This document shows positions 1-11,150 of a DNA stretch of 64,000 bases, in pieces. Both the position numbers and the translations under genes were made by a program. Each line of letters begins with the position of its first letter. The stretch's first letter is position 1. The DNA is from an uncultured Pelagibacteraceae bacterium. Lineage in GTDB: Bacteria > Pseudomonadota > Alphaproteobacteria > Pelagibacterales > Pelagibacteraceae. The notes beneath the pieces are model-generated. The model was not told the DNA's origin. It saw only the letters and a list, made by a program, of their open reading frames with translations, and made no database searches. The stretch covers positions 3,421 to 67,420 of the forward strand of contig CABYYA010000004.1 of assembly GCA_902523125.1 (NCBI GenBank), written 5' to 3'.

Positions 1-473
1 AGACCTAAAGCTACAGGATCCTTAGAATTCAAATTATTAAAATTCCAATAACTCTTATTTCTAATCGATGTAACAGAATTTTTTGTCATACCGATTAATT
101 TTGCGATTTGTGAATCTTTTAATTGTGAATAATGTTTAATTAACCATAAAGCAGAATCTGGTTTATCTTGTCTTTTGGATAGAGGAATATATTTTTTGTT
201 TTTTTTTTCAGAAAAAGATATTTCGACATCAGTATTTTGAATTTGTAAAGGTCGGCTTTCATCTTTTGCAGATAAATTTATTTCATCTCTTGTGAGCTGA
301 CCAGCAATTATAGGATTATATCCCTTAATACCTTTGGCAACTTCTCCATCAGCTATGCCCTGAACTTCAACTACATGCAGCTTACAAAACTCTGCAATTT
401 GTTTAAAAGTTAAGGTGGTGTTTTCTACAAGCCAAACAGCCGTAGCCATTGGCATCAATGGTGCATTAGACAT
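1..473 (-). CDS. DUF1013 family protein (TrcR-like transcription regulator), truncated by the window edge
   Basis: Not in the ORF track. Manual translation from ATG at 473 gives MSNAPLMPMATAVWLVENTTLTFKQIAEFCKLHVVEVQGIADGEVAKGIKGYNP, a typical alphaproteobacterial DUF1013 N-terminus. Lies directly downstream of rpmE. Confidence 0.85.
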   Translation of the reverse strand, partial: MSNAPLMPMATAVWLVENTTLTFKQIAEFCKLHVVEVQGIADGEVAKGIKGYNPIIAGQLTRDEINLSAKDESRPLQIQNTDVEISFSEKKNKKYIPLSKRQDKPDSALWLIKHYSQLKDSQIAKLIGMTKNSVTSIRNKSYWNFNNLNSKDPVALG

Positions 474-476
474 TAA

Positions 477-701
477 TTATTTTTCACTTTTAAAGTTTTG
501 AAATTTTTTGTTAAATTTACTTATTCTTCCTTTGTCCATCAATTTTTGTTTTCCACCAGTCCAGGCAGAATGAGATTTTGGATCAATCTCTAATTTTAGT
601 AAATCACCTTCTTTCCCCCAAGTTGATTTAGTTTCAAATTGAGTTCCATCAGTCATCTCAACCTTAATTGAGTGATAATTTGGATGAATTCCCTTTTTCA
701 T
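477..701 (-). CDS. rpmE: 50S ribosomal protein L31
   Basis: [10 protein letters not shown]...[14 protein letters not shown]...[10 protein letters not shown]; Cys-free alphaproteobacterial type. Confidence 0.96.
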   Translation of the reverse strand: MKKGIHPNYHSIKVEMTDGTQFETKSTWGKEGDLLKLEIDPKSHSAWTGGKQKLMDKGRISKFNKKFQNFKSEK

Positions 702-736
702 TTGGAGACTTATAACAAAAGTTTTTTCTAAAACAA

Positions 737-1480
737 TTAAAAGTTACTTAATATTTTGATGAATTTATCGTTAATATTTGGACTTGACGCTATCACATTT
801 AAATTTTTATGATTATGGAGGTCAATATCATTAATCACACCTCCTGCCTCTAGCAGGATAATTAATCCTGCCGCAATATCCCAAAGATTAAGGTTGTTTT
901 GACAGTATCCATCGTATCTTCCAGAAGCAACATAAGCTAAATCTAAGGCTGCACAACCAGATTTTCTTGTAGAAATTTCACTTATAAAACTATATTTCTT
1001 TCCACCTGTTGCAAACAAACACTCTGATAATTCATTTTTTTTAGAAACTCTAATTCTTTCATTATTAAAAAAAGCACCATTATTTTTTTCTGCATAAAAC
1101 ATTTCATTTTTTATAGGATCAAAAATTAAACCAGATTTAATTTCATTATTAGATAATAAACCAATCGATATAGCAAAATGAGGTATACCATGTAAAAAAT
1201 TTATAGTTCCATCTATAGGATCAATAATCCAAGTATTTTCTGTGTCTTTGTTTTTTTTAAAACCAACCTCCTCACTCAAAATTGAGAAATTGGGTTTAGC
1301 TTTTTTTAACTCATCTATGATTATTTTTTCAGCTTTTAAATCTGCGTTAGTAACAAAATCTAAGGGCCCCTTTTTTTTTACTTGTAACTTCTCAATTTCA
1401 CCAAAATCTCTTATTAATATTTTTGATGCTTTTTCACAAGCTTTGATCATAATATTTAAATTAGCAGAAATTGAGTTCAT
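737..1480 (-). CDS. suhB: Inositol monophosphatase family protein
   Basis: [19 protein letters not shown] and WDIAAG motifs. Confidence 0.92.
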   Translation of the reverse strand: MNSISANLNIMIKACEKASKILIRDFGEIEKLQVKKKGPLDFVTNADLKAEKIIIDELKKAKPNFSILSEEVGFKKNKDTENTWIIDPIDGTINFLHGIPHFAISIGLLSNNEIKSGLIFDPIKNEMFYAEKNNGAFFNNERIRVSKKNELSECLFATGGKKYSFISEISTRKSGCAALDLAYVASGRYDGYCQNNLNLWDIAAGLIILLEAGGVINDIDLHNHKNLNVIASSPNINDKFIKILSNF

Positions 1481-1482
1481 AA

Positions 1483-2043
1483 TTAATTTTTCTTAATATA
1501 TTCAAGATTTCTTGTATCTATAATTACCTCATCACCAGCTTCAATAAAAGGAGGCACTTGAATATTTAAACCATTAATTAATGTTGCTGGTTTATACGAT
1601 GACGAAACAGTTTGCCCTTTTAAAGCAACATCAGTCTCCTCTATTTTACATACAACTTGTTTTGGTAGATCTACTGAAATAGGTAGTGCATTGTAAAAAC
1701 TGACAGAAACTTCTAGATTTTCAGTTAATAATTTTCCTTTTTCACCAATTAAATCTTTTTTTATTTCAATTTGTTCAAAAGATTTTGGTTCCATAAAAAA
1801 ATAGTTATTTTCATCTTCATATAGATAGTTATAATTCGTTTCATCTAATGATGCTTTTTCAACAGTTTCACTTGATCTAAATCTTTCATTTAATTTTGTA
1901 TTTTTATTTAAACTTTTCATTTCAACTTGTGCAAATGCACCCCCTTTACCAGGCTTAACATGTTGAGTTTTAAGCACTTGCCACAAATCATTTTTGTGTT
2001 CTAACAACATCCCAACTCTAATTTCTCCAGCATTTATTTTCAT
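1483..2043 (-). CDS. efp: Elongation factor P
   Basis: HVKPGKGGAF, SYKPA and QVPPFI motifs. Confidence 0.97.
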   Translation of the reverse strand: MKINAGEIRVGMLLEHKNDLWQVLKTQHVKPGKGGAFAQVEMKSLNKNTKLNERFRSSETVEKASLDETNYNYLYEDENNYFFMEPKSFEQIEIKKDLIGEKGKLLTENLEVSVSFYNALPISVDLPKQVVCKIEETDVALKGQTVSSSYKPATLINGLNIQVPPFIEAGDEVIIDTRNLEYIKKN

Positions 2044-2654
2044 TTTAATAACTTAATTGCTTCTTTTGGTTTTAATTTATCGTTATTCCAAATGTAGCCT
2101 GAAATAGCTAAAAAGTTTGCTTTATTCAATAAAAGATTTTTATAATTTCTAGAATTAATGCCACCAATAACTACTACAGGAGTTTTTGTGATTTTTTTGA
2201 CTTTTCTAAGTAAATTAATAGAGGCTTTGTATTTTATTTTTTTGGTTTTCGAATTATAAAAAGCTCCTAGGGCTATGTAATCAGCTTTATTTTTTATTGC
2301 AATTTTTGATAATTTTACAGAGTTATGACAGGTAGCACCTATTATCTTATTGCCAATCAATTTCCTTGCTTTAATAATATTCATATCTTTTTGACCTAAG
2401 TGACAGCCATCTGCATTTAATCTTCTCGCAACCTGAACATCGTCATTTATAAGAAATTTGACATTAAATTTTTTACAAATTTTCCTTATTTTTTTACCAA
2501 TGATGATTTTTTTTTTAAGAGTTTCTTTTTTAAGCCTTAGTTGAAAAAAACCAACTTTTTTTTGTTGAAGAACCTTTGTTAAATCTTGATAGAAAGACTT
2601 ATTGATTTTGGTTGGCGAAATGAGATAAATGAATTTTTTTTTGTTAATTCTCAA
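2040..2654 (-). CDS. thiE: Thiamine-phosphate synthase family protein
   Basis: FQLRLK, INDD, GCHLGQKD and VIGGI motifs; alphaproteobacterial fba-thiE-efp synteny. Confidence 0.85.
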   Translation of the reverse strand: MRINKKKFIYLISPTKINKSFYQDLTKVLQQKKVGFFQLRLKKETLKKKIIIGKKIRKICKKFNVKFLINDDVQVARRLNADGCHLGQKDMNIIKARKLIGNKIIGATCHNSVKLSKIAIKNKADYIALGAFYNSKTKKIKYKASINLLRKVKKITKTPVVVIGGINSRNYKNLLLNKANFLAISGYIWNNDKLKPKEAIKLLK

Positions 2655-3651
2655 GTTCTCTAGACCATTTACCCTGAGCAGCTAATGTATTCATTTTTGC
2701 TCTCTGGTTAAAAATTTTTTGAGTTCCCTCGATATTTAATGTGTCCTGGGACCAAAATTTTAGTGCGCTTTGTTGAAGAGCTCGTCCATAAGAGTAACTC
2801 ATTAAAAAGTTGGTATCATTGTATTTACTAATTAAATTTAAATTTTCTGTTGCCTCTATTTCTGATTGACCACCAGATAAAAATGCTATTCCTGGTACCT
2901 CTGATGGAACAGAATTTTTTAAACATTTAAGAGTTAACTTTGCCACCTCCTCATTTGATATTTTGTTTTTACATTTATTACCAGCTAAAATCATATTTGG
3001 CTTTAATATAATTCCTTTCAAATCAACTTTATGTAAGATTAATTCTTCAAAACATCTTTTTATTACTTCAGAAGTCTTTTCATAACATTCTTTCGCTGTA
3101 TGCTCACCATCCATCAAGACTTCAGGTTCAACGATTGGAACCATATTACATTCTTGAACTAATGCAGAGTATCTAGCTAATGCATGTGCATTAGATTGGA
3201 TTGAGAGTTTACTTGGATGTTCTTTTGAGATGTTATAGACACCTCTCCATTTTGTAAACATGGCTCCTAATTTATAATATTCTTTTAATCTTTCTCTTAA
3301 GCCATCCAAACCCTCGGTAATTTTTTCATTTGGTGAACCAGCTAAAACTTTTGCTCCAGTATCAACTTTAATCCCTGGGGTACTACCCATATCAGAAATT
3401 AATTCTGGGATTTTATTTTTTTTTGATGTTATTTGTTTTATTGTTTCATCGTATAAAATTACACCTCCAATATATTCAGTCATACCAGTCGCACTAAATA
3501 ACGTTTCTCTAAATAATAAACGGTTTTCAGCTGTTGATTGAACTTTAACCGACTCTAATCTTTTAGTCATAGTTGCAGTACTCTCGTCAGCTGCAAGAAT
3601 ACCCTTTCCGTTATTAAGTATTTTTAGCGCTATGTTATTTAATTCAGACAT
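2644..3651 (-). CDS. Class I fructose-bisphosphate aldolase
   Basis: GKGILAADES, FTKWR, PIVEPEV, LKPNM, FLSGGQS and SYGRALQ motifs. Confidence 0.95.
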   Translation of the reverse strand: MSELNNIALKILNNGKGILAADESTATMTKRLESVKVQSTAENRLLFRETLFSATGMTEYIGGVILYDETIKQITSKKNKIPELISDMGSTPGIKVDTGAKVLAGSPNEKITEGLDGLRERLKEYYKLGAMFTKWRGVYNISKEHPSKLSIQSNAHALARYSALVQECNMVPIVEPEVLMDGEHTAKECYEKTSEVIKRCFEELILHKVDLKGIILKPNMILAGNKCKNKISNEEVAKLTLKCLKNSVPSEVPGIAFLSGGQSEIEATENLNLISKYNDTNFLMSYSYGRALQQSALKFWSQDTLNIEGTQKIFNQRAKMNTLAAQGKWSRELEN

Positions 3652-3652
3652 T

Positions 3653-4831
3653 TTAGTTTAAAGCTTTTATACCAGGTAACTCTTTTCCTTCAAGATATTC
3701 TAAAAATGCTCCACCGGCAGTTGAAACAAAATTAAAATTTTCTACTAATTTAATTTTATTGATAAGAGCTATCGTATCTCCACCTCCTACAACTGAGTAA
3801 ATTGAATTGTTCTTATTTTTTTTTATGATAGCTTTTGCAATATCGTAACTACCATTAGCAAATTTTGGATTTTCAAAATAACCTGCTGGTCCATTCCAAA
3901 GAACTGTTTCACTATTTTTAATTATACCTTTTATTTTATCTAATGTCTTTGGACCAATATCCAAAATGATATCATCATCTTTGATATTATCTAGTTCTCT
4001 AATTTGAGGTTCATCATCTAAATTTTTTCCAATCAAAACGTCCTCTGGTAAAATAATTTTACAAGAATAACTTTTTAAAGTTTCAAAAATCTCCTTGATC
4101 ATTAGATCACAATTTTCTTCTTTAATTGATTTACCTATTTGATTACCTTTATATTTAATAATGTTATTAGCCATTCCACCAACAATGATAATATTATCAA
4201 ATTTAGATATTAAATTTTTGATTATTCCAATTTTTGTAGAAATTTTTGATCCCCCAATAATACAAGTGATCGGTTTTTTGATTTCTGTTGTAACTTTTTT
4301 TAAAGCACTAATTTCTGTTTCAAGTTGTAATCCAGCAAAAGATGGGAGAAATTCAGTAATTTTACTCACAGAAGCGTGCGCTCTATGAGAGCAAGAAAAA
4401 GCATCGTTTACATATAAATCAGCGAGTTTAGCTAAATGTTGTGCAAAGTTGGTGTCATTTTTTTCTTCCTCTTTGTAAAATCTAATATTCTCTAAAAAAA
4501 TTATTTGATCGTTTGGATCTTTAAATAAATCCTCTTTTTTTAATTTAAAAATATCTTCTTTTACTAATCTAATTTTTTTATTTATTTTATTTTCAATACT
4601 TTCACAAATTGGTTTTAATGAGAGATCTGTAATTACCCTACCTTTTGGCCGTCCTACGTGAGAAATTATTATGATCTTTGATTGTTCTTTTATTAAAAAA
4701 TCTATGATTGGAATAATCTTGCTTATTCTTGTCTCGTCAGTAATTAGCCCATTTTTTAATGGGACATTTAAATCCAACCTTAACAAAACTTTTTTTTTAT
4801 TAAGATTTTTCTGATCTTTTATACTGTTCAT
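3653..4831 (-). CDS. pgk: Phosphoglycerate kinase
   Basis: RLDLNVP, SHVGRP, LENIRF, NDAFSCSHRAHAS and STAGGAFLE motifs. Confidence 0.97.
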   Translation of the reverse strand: MNSIKDQKNLNKKKVLLRLDLNVPLKNGLITDETRISKIIPIIDFLIKEQSKIIIISHVGRPKGRVITDLSLKPICESIENKINKKIRLVKEDIFKLKKEDLFKDPNDQIIFLENIRFYKEEEKNDTNFAQHLAKLADLYVNDAFSCSHRAHASVSKITEFLPSFAGLQLETEISALKKVTTEIKKPITCIIGGSKISTKIGIIKNLISKFDNIIIVGGMANNIIKYKGNQIGKSIKEENCDLMIKEIFETLKSYSCKIILPEDVLIGKNLDDEPQIRELDNIKDDDIILDIGPKTLDKIKGIIKNSETVLWNGPAGYFENPKFANGSYDIAKAIIKKNKNNSIYSVVGGGDTIALINKIKLVENFNFVSTAGGAFLEYLEGKELPGIKALN

Positions 4832-5829
4832 TAAGAAATCTTATGAAGATATTCGGCTATATCACACATCCTATTTGAAAAACCCCATTCATTATCATAC
4901 CATGCTGAGATCTTTCCCATATTTTTACCAACCACATTTGTTAAACTTGTATCAATAATTGATGAGGCAGGATTATGATTAAAATCAATAGAAACAAGCT
5001 TTTCTTTCGTGATTTCAATTACTTTATTTTTTTTACTAAAATCCTCAAATGCTGAATTAATTTTTTCTATGTTCACATCTTTTTTTGTACAAAAAACAAG
5101 TTCAATTAATGAAACATTCGGAGTTGGTACTCTCATTGCGACACCTTCTAGTTTTCCTTTAAGAGATGGAATTATTTCACCTATAGCTTTAGATGCACCA
5201 GTCGAAGTTGGGACGATTGATTGACTAGCAGATCTAGCTCTCCTAGGATCCTTATGTGAATTATCTAAAATTCTTTGATCACTTGTAAATGCATGTATGG
5301 TAGTCATAAAACCTTTCTCAATTCCAAAATTTTCATTTAAAACATGAACCACTGGCGCCAGACAATTTGTTGTGCAAGAAGCAGCAGAAATAATTTCATC
5401 TTCTTTATTTAATTCAGACTCATTTACTCCAAAGACAACAGTTTTATCAGCGTTTTTACACGGAGCTGAAACAATTACTTTTTTCGCTCCATTATTTAGA
5501 TGTGGTTGTAATTTATCTTTAGAATTAAATTTTCCAGTGCACTCAAAAACATAATCAACACCATATTTCTTCCAATCAATTTTATTTAAATCAGTTTCTT
5601 GACCAAAAGAAATTTTGTTTTTATTTACAACAAGATTATTTTCATCATAGCTTATATCAGCTTTAAATTTTCCATGGATTGAGTCATATTTTAAAAGAGT
5701 TGAGCATGTCTCAGAATTTGTTCTATTATTAATATGCATAATCTCTATTTTTTTGTTCCCTTCATAAATAGAGCGAAGAATCATTCTTCCTATTCTTCCC
5801 ATTCCATTGATACCAATCTTAATTTTCAT
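4831..5829 (-). CDS. gap: Glyceraldehyde-3-phosphate dehydrogenase
   Basis: [20 protein letters not shown] and WYDNEWG motifs. Confidence 0.97.
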   Translation of the reverse strand: MKIKIGINGMGRIGRMILRSIYEGNKKIEIMHINNRTNSETCSTLLKYDSIHGKFKADISYDENNLVVNKNKISFGQETDLNKIDWKKYGVDYVFECTGKFNSKDKLQPHLNNGAKKVIVSAPCKNADKTVVFGVNESELNKEDEIISAASCTTNCLAPVVHVLNENFGIEKGFMTTIHAFTSDQRILDNSHKDPRRARSASQSIVPTSTGASKAIGEIIPSLKGKLEGVAMRVPTPNVSLIELVFCTKKDVNIEKINSAFEDFSKKNKVIEITKEKLVSIDFNHNPASSIIDTSLTNVVGKNMGKISAWYDNEWGFSNRMCDIAEYLHKIS

Positions 5830-7757
5830 ATTTTTACTTTAATTTTTTTTACAATACTCTCAGAATTTAACTCAAAGTGGTCATAAATTTTTTTATAAGG
5901 TGCGCTTTTTCCAAAGTCGTTAATTCCAAAATTTAATCCATTTGTACCCGTATATTTTTTCCAATAATTCGTTTCAGAGGCTTCTATAGATACAACTAGT
6001 TCAGTTTCGCCTAATATTTTTTTTTTGTACTCTTCTTTTTGATGATCAAAAATTTTTTGACAAGGCATTGATATGATTTTGGAATAAATACCATCTGTGG
6101 CTAATTTATGACCCACATCATTTGCTAAACTTGTTTCAGACCCAGTTGCTAAAATTGTTACACTTATATTATCCCCGGTTCTCAAAACTTCATAAGCGCC
6201 CAAAGACGATTTATTTTTGAGAGAATTTTCAAGTCTAATAGGATTGACACCTTGTCTGGTTAGTGAAATTACACTTGGAGTATTTTTACTTTCAAGAGCT
6301 AATTGCCAACATTCAAAAGTTTCAATGGTATCCGAAGGTCTAAAAACGTTTAAATTCGGAATAGATCTTAAACTTGTTAATTGTTCAATTGGCTGATGAG
6401 TTGGGCCATCCTCTCCTAAGCCAATAGAATCATGCGTAAATACATAAATGACTCTTTGTTTCATCATCGCAGCTAATCTGATAGATGGTTTACAATAGTC
6501 ACTAAATATTAGAAACGTTCCACCATAAGGAGTCAGGACACTGTGTAAGGCTATACCATTCATTATTCCACACATAGCGTGCTCTCTAACTCCATAATGA
6601 ATATAATTTCCTGCAAAGTTATCTGGTTTTATTATTTTATGATCTTTAGTTTTAGTATTATTTGATCCAGCTAAATCAGCCGAGCCACCAATTAAGTAAG
6701 GAAACTTTGTTATAATGTTTAAAAATATTTCAGAAGATTTTCTTGTAGCAATAGGTTTTAGATTTTTAAAGTATCTAATTTTTTCTTTTTCAATTAATTT
6801 TTTAAATGAATTAAAATTTTTAAAATTTGGAAAGTTTATTTTATTTTTCTGAGCTTTTTGTGAGGCCTTTTTCCCTATTTTTCTCCATTCACTTAACAGC
6901 TCAGCTGGAATCTTAAAAGGCTCATATTTCCATTTTAGTTTTTTTCTTACAAGTTTTATTTCCTCATCACCTAATGGACTTCCATGAGATGAAGCCTTAC
7001 CACCTTTGTTTGGAGATCCATAACCAATTGTAGTTTTACATGAAATAGCCATAGGTTTTTTTGATTTATGTGCTTTTTTTAAAGCTTTGGATATTTCTTT
7101 AAAATCATGACCATTAATTCTTAAGAAGTTCCACCCGTAGCTCTTAAACCTTTTTTCGTGATCATCTGAAACAGCTAAGTTAGTGGGACCATCAATTGAG
7201 ACAGAGTTATTATCAAATAATAAAATAAGATTATTTAATTTTAGATGTCCAGCTAAGCTCAATGACTCGTGACTAATACCTTCCATTAAGCATCCATCTC
7301 CAGCAAGAACATAAGTTTTATGATTGATCTTTTTTTTCCCTAATTTTTTTTTTAAAATTTCTTCTGATATTGCAAACCCAACTGCATTTGAGACTCCTTG
7401 TCCCAATGGACCTGTAGTTGTTTCAATACCAGTATTTGGATGATATTCAGGATGACCAGCACATATGGAATCCAATTGTCTAAAATTTTTAATATCATTT
7501 AAAGAAACACTTTTGTAACCAGTTAGATAAAGAAGAGAGTAAAGTAACATTGAACCATGCCCAGCAGAAAGAACAAATCTATCTCTATTAATCCAGCTAG
7601 GATTTTTTGGATTAAATTTTAAAAAATCTTTAAAAAGTACTGTAACAACATCTGCCATTCCCATCGGCATTCCAGGGTGACCTGAGTTCGCTTTTTGAAC
7701 AGCATCAATTGAGAGAAATCTAATACAATTAGCTAATTCTTTATAAAATTTACTCAA
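5826..7757 (-). CDS. tkt: Transketolase
   Basis: [27 protein letters not shown] and [15 protein letters not shown] motifs; TTG start. Confidence 0.97.
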   Translation of the reverse strand: MSKFYKELANCIRFLSIDAVQKANSGHPGMPMGMADVVTVLFKDFLKFNPKNPSWINRDRFVLSAGHGSMLLYSLLYLTGYKSVSLNDIKNFRQLDSICAGHPEYHPNTGIETTTGPLGQGVSNAVGFAISEEILKKKLGKKKINHKTYVLAGDGCLMEGISHESLSLAGHLKLNNLILLFDNNSVSIDGPTNLAVSDDHEKRFKSYGWNFLRINGHDFKEISKALKKAHKSKKPMAISCKTTIGYGSPNKGGKASSHGSPLGDEEIKLVRKKLKWKYEPFKIPAELLSEWRKIGKKASQKAQKNKINFPNFKNFNSFKKLIEKEKIRYFKNLKPIATRKSSEIFLNIITKFPYLIGGSADLAGSNNTKTKDHKIIKPDNFAGNYIHYGVREHAMCGIMNGIALHSVLTPYGGTFLIFSDYCKPSIRLAAMMKQRVIYVFTHDSIGLGEDGPTHQPIEQLTSLRSIPNLNVFRPSDTIETFECWQLALESKNTPSVISLTRQGVNPIRLENSLKNKSSLGAYEVLRTGDNISVTILATGSETSLANDVGHKLATDGIYSKIISMPCQKIFDHQKEEYKKKILGETELVVSIEASETNYWKKYTGTNGLNFGINDFGKSAPYKKIYDHFELNSESIVKKIKVKI

Positions 7758-7810
7758 ATTTATCCTGTCTAGACTTAGAAGATTCTATTTAATAATATAA
7801 ACATATATAT

Positions 7811-8134
7811 ATGAATTCTATTCTTGAAAAAGAAAAAAAGCTTAATATTGCATTAGCGAAACTAAAAAATTTAAACCTAAAGGATCCAGACATAAAAAAA
7901 AATATTGAAATTCTTGGAGAACAAAAAAATCAATTAGAAATTGAAAAATCAGAATTAGAGAAAAAATATAAAACTTTAGTGAATGATCATGATAATTTAT
8001 CAAGAAAATTAGAGGAATTACAAAATAGAGAAAAAATTGAAGAAAAAAAAAGATTAGAATTTTCGGAAAAAATAGATGAATTAAATCAAGAAACCAATAC
8101 TTTAATGGATGAAATCGATAAATGGCAAACGTAA
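7811..8134 (+). CDS. Coiled-coil protein, probable ZauP-like (DUF4164-position) partner of ZapA
   Basis: Heptad-rich E/K/L composition; overlaps the zapA start and is divergent from tkt, as in other alphaproteobacteria. Confidence 0.6.
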   Translation: MNSILEKEKKLNIALAKLKNLNLKDPDIKKNIEILGEQKNQLEIEKSELEKKYKTLVNDHDNLSRKLEELQNREKIEEKKRLEFSEKIDELNQETNTLMDEIDKWQT

Positions 8135-8568
8135 CTATAAAATTTAATGGCAAAGAGTTTTTGTTGTCGTGTGATGATGGACAAGAGGAACATCTTGAAG
8201 AATTATTAATTCAAATCAATCAAAAGTTTAACGACTTAAAAAATGATTTAGGAAATATCGGTGAAAATAAACTTTTACTTATTACTGCAGTTAAAGTGAT
8301 GGATGAATATCATGAAACCAAAAAAAAAGTTGAGCAGAAAAAGACAGAATTAAAAGAACTTTCAAATAAATTTAGAGAGTTAAAATCATTAGTCTATGAA
8401 TACAGAGATAGAAAAGAAGAAGAAATTAAAAATTTAAATAAAAATCACATTGAACTAAAAGATGAAATTGAGCAAAGTCAAAAACATTATGAAAAGTTAA
8501 TTGATACCGCTACTGATGAAATTTCAAATTTTGTTGAAAATGCAAATACAGATAAAGTATCTCGATAG
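8122..8568 (+). CDS. zapA: Cell division protein ZapA
   Basis: MANVTIKFNGKEFLLSCDDGQEEHL N-terminus, followed by a long coiled coil. Confidence 0.88.
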   Translation: MANVTIKFNGKEFLLSCDDGQEEHLEELLIQINQKFNDLKNDLGNIGENKLLLITAVKVMDEYHETKKKVEQKKTELKELSNKFRELKSLVYEYRDRKEEEIKNLNKNHIELKDEIEQSQKHYEKLIDTATDEISNFVENANTDKVSR

Positions 8569-8574
8569 AATTTC

Positions 8575-9108
8575 GTGAATAAATCTCAAATTAGAAAAAA
8601 AATCCTAAAAATAAGAAAACAAAAAAAGATTAAAAAATTTCTTTTTAATTTTGATTCAATTTTGAATATTTTAAAAAAAAAAAATGTCTCAGGTAAAATA
8701 ATTGGTAGTTATTACCCATATAATTATGAAATAGACATTTTACAAATCTTAGAAAAATTTGAGAAGAAAAAATTTATTATAACATTACCCAAAATAAAAA
8801 AAAAATCACAAATGAGCTTCTATCAATGGTCAACAAATGAACCTTTGGCTATAAATAAATTTGGAATACCAGAACCAATTTCAAAAATGATAAAATATCC
8901 AGATGTTTTGTTAGTACCCCTTGTAGCGTTTGATAAAAATTTCAACAGAATTGGCTACGGTGGAGGATTTTATGATAGGTATATTAAGAAAGTTAGAAAA
9001 CGAAAAAAAGTTCTAACAATTGGATTTGCCTACTCTTTTCAAAAAGTAAAAAAAATACCTACTAATAATTATGATATTGGATTAGATTTTATTATAACAA
9101 ACAAATAA
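8575..9108 (+). CDS. ygfA: 5-formyltetrahydrofolate cyclo-ligase
   Basis: LVPLVAFD and RIGYGGGFYDR motifs. Confidence 0.93.
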   Translation: MNKSQIRKKILKIRKQKKIKKFLFNFDSILNILKKKNVSGKIIGSYYPYNYEIDILQILEKFEKKKFIITLPKIKKKSQMSFYQWSTNEPLAINKFGIPEPISKMIKYPDVLLVPLVAFDKNFNRIGYGGGFYDRYIKKVRKRKKVLTIGFAYSFQKVKKIPTNNYDIGLDFIITNK

Positions 9109-9114
9109 TTCTTT

Positions 9115-9918
9115 ATGAAAATTTTATTTTTAGGTGATGTTGTTGGATTATCAGGATGTAGAAAGATAACTAAAGATCTATTAGGACAGATTCAAAAAAA
9201 TAATATCGATTTTGTAATTATAAATGCTGAGAATGCTGATGATACTGGCGTTGGTTTGACTAAAGAAATTTGTCAAAATTTTTTTGAAAATGGAGTTGAT
9301 GTTATTACAACTGGAAATCATGTTTGGGATCAAAAAGGCATAATGAATTTTATTGACAAGGAAAACAGACTATTAAGACCAAAAAATTTATTTGAACCTA
9401 CTCCTGGTAGAGGATTTGAGATTTATAAATCAAAAAAAAATTACAAGGTGGGAGTTTTAAATTTGATGGGAAATGTTTTTATGAAAAAGTGTGATGATGT
9501 TTTTAAAACTTCAAAAGATTTTTTAGAAAAATATAATTTAAAAAAAGATTATGATTTTCTAATTGTTGATTTCCATGGAGAAATAACAAGTGAAAAAAAT
9601 GCTATCGGTCATTATTTTGATGGAAAAGCAACACTCGTTGTTGGAACTCATACCCACATACCTACTAATGATGCAAGAGTTTTAAAAAATGGCACTGCTT
9701 ATCAAACAGACGCGGGAATGTGTGGAGATTATGACTCAGTTATAGGTATGAATAAAGATAATTCTATTAATAGATTCATGAAAAAGGATTCAATCAAACA
9801 TTTTCCAGCTGATGGAGAAGCTTCTTTGAGTGGAGTTATAGTAAATTGTAATTTAGAAACTGGCTTAGCAGATAGTATCGATAGTTATATATTTGGAGGT
9901 CTTTTAAAAAATACTTAA
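9115..9918 (+). CDS. YmdB-like metallophosphoesterase
   Basis: LGDVVG, NAENA, TTGNH, DFHGEITSEK and GTHTH motifs. Confidence 0.92.
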   Translation: MKILFLGDVVGLSGCRKITKDLLGQIQKNNIDFVIINAENADDTGVGLTKEICQNFFENGVDVITTGNHVWDQKGIMNFIDKENRLLRPKNLFEPTPGRGFEIYKSKKNYKVGVLNLMGNVFMKKCDDVFKTSKDFLEKYNLKKDYDFLIVDFHGEITSEKNAIGHYFDGKATLVVGTHTHIPTNDARVLKNGTAYQTDAGMCGDYDSVIGMNKDNSINRFMKKDSIKHFPADGEASLSGVIVNCNLETGLADSIDSYIFGGLLKNT

Positions 9919-9926
9919 TTCTTTTT

Positions 9927-10649
9927 ATGGCAGGACATTCTCATTGGGCAGGTATAAAACACAAAAAAAGTAAAGCCGATAAACAAAGATCAAAAATCTT
10001 CTCTAAGCTATCTAAAGAGATTACTGTAGCAGCTAAGTTAGGTGATAAAGATCCAGCTATGAACCCAAGATTGCGTTCTGCTATGCAAGCTGCGAGGTCA
10101 GCAAATATGCCTAAAGACAATATAGCGAGAGCTATAGATAAGTCCTCAATGAGCAATCAGTCAAATTTTGAAAATTTGAGATATGAAGGTTTTGGTCCTG
10201 ACAGAGTTGCTGTTATAGTTGAGACTTTAACTGATAATAAAAATAGAACCGCTTCAAATATAAGAACAATTTTTCAAAAATCAGGAGGAAGTTTGGGAAC
10301 TCAAGGTTCAGCATCACATAATTTTTCTCAATTAGGAGTAATTAAAATCGATAAAAATGAAATTTCGGATGAAAATATATTAGAACTTGCTATTGAGGCT
10401 GGTGCAAATGAGTGTAAATCGGATAAAGAATTTCATGAGATACAGTGCTCAATAAATGATATTTACAATGTTAAAAAAGAGCTGGAGAAAAAAATAAGTA
10501 ATTTTATTTCGACAGGAATAGAGTGGGTGCCTTTAAATGCAATTGAAATTTCAGAGGAGAAAAAAAAGGAGCTAATTAATTTTTTTGAAATATTGGAAGA
10601 CGATGATGATGTGCAAAATATTTATTCAAATGTTAAATTTTCAAACTAG
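9927..10649 (+). CDS. yebC: YebC/PmpR family protein
   Basis: MAGHSHWAGIKHKK, YEGFGP, TDNKNRT and DDDDVQNIYSN motifs. Confidence 0.95.
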   Translation: MAGHSHWAGIKHKKSKADKQRSKIFSKLSKEITVAAKLGDKDPAMNPRLRSAMQAARSANMPKDNIARAIDKSSMSNQSNFENLRYEGFGPDRVAVIVETLTDNKNRTASNIRTIFQKSGGSLGTQGSASHNFSQLGVIKIDKNEISDENILELAIEAGANECKSDKEFHEIQCSINDIYNVKKELEKKISNFISTGIEWVPLNAIEISEEKKKELINFFEILEDDDDVQNIYSNVKFSN

Positions 10650-10658
10650 ATATAGAAT

Positions 10659-11150
10659 ATGCTTATAATTGGTATAGATCCAGGTATTTCGGGCTCAATT
10701 TGTTTTTTTAAAGATGGAAGAATTCTTGAAGTAATTGAAATGCCAGTCATGGCAGAGGGTAAAAAAAATAAAAAACAAGTTAACGGTGCCCAAATTTATA
10801 ACGAATTTTTAAAAAGAATTAATAAAAAAGAGGATGAAATTAGAGTTGTTATAGAACAAGTTTCTGCGATGCCAGGACAAGGCGTAACTAGTATGTTTAA
10901 TTTTGGTCAGTCTTTTGGGATTTTAAAAGGGATTTGTTCTGCAATGCAATTACCAATGTTTTTCGTAAGACCAGCTAAATGGAAAAAATATTTTAATTTA
11001 ATTAATTCTCAAAAAGATGCTAGTAGAACAAGAGCAATTGAAATATTTCCCTATTTTTCAACACAACTCTCAAAAAAAAAAGACTCAAACAAAGCTGATG
11101 CTATTCTAATCGCAAGTTTTTACTATGAAACTTACCAAAAAGAAGATTAA
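10659..11150 (+). CDS. RuvC-fold Holliday junction resolvase, MOC1/phage-like subtype
   Basis: IGIDPG, VVIEQV, GVTSMFNFG, PAKWKK and KKKDSNKADAILIA motifs; occupies the ruvC slot after yebC. Confidence 0.8.
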   Translation: MLIIGIDPGISGSICFFKDGRILEVIEMPVMAEGKKNKKQVNGAQIYNEFLKRINKKEDEIRVVIEQVSAMPGQGVTSMFNFGQSFGILKGICSAMQLPMFFVRPAKWKKYFNLINSQKDASRTRAIEIFPYFSTQLSKKKDSNKADAILIASFYYETYQKED

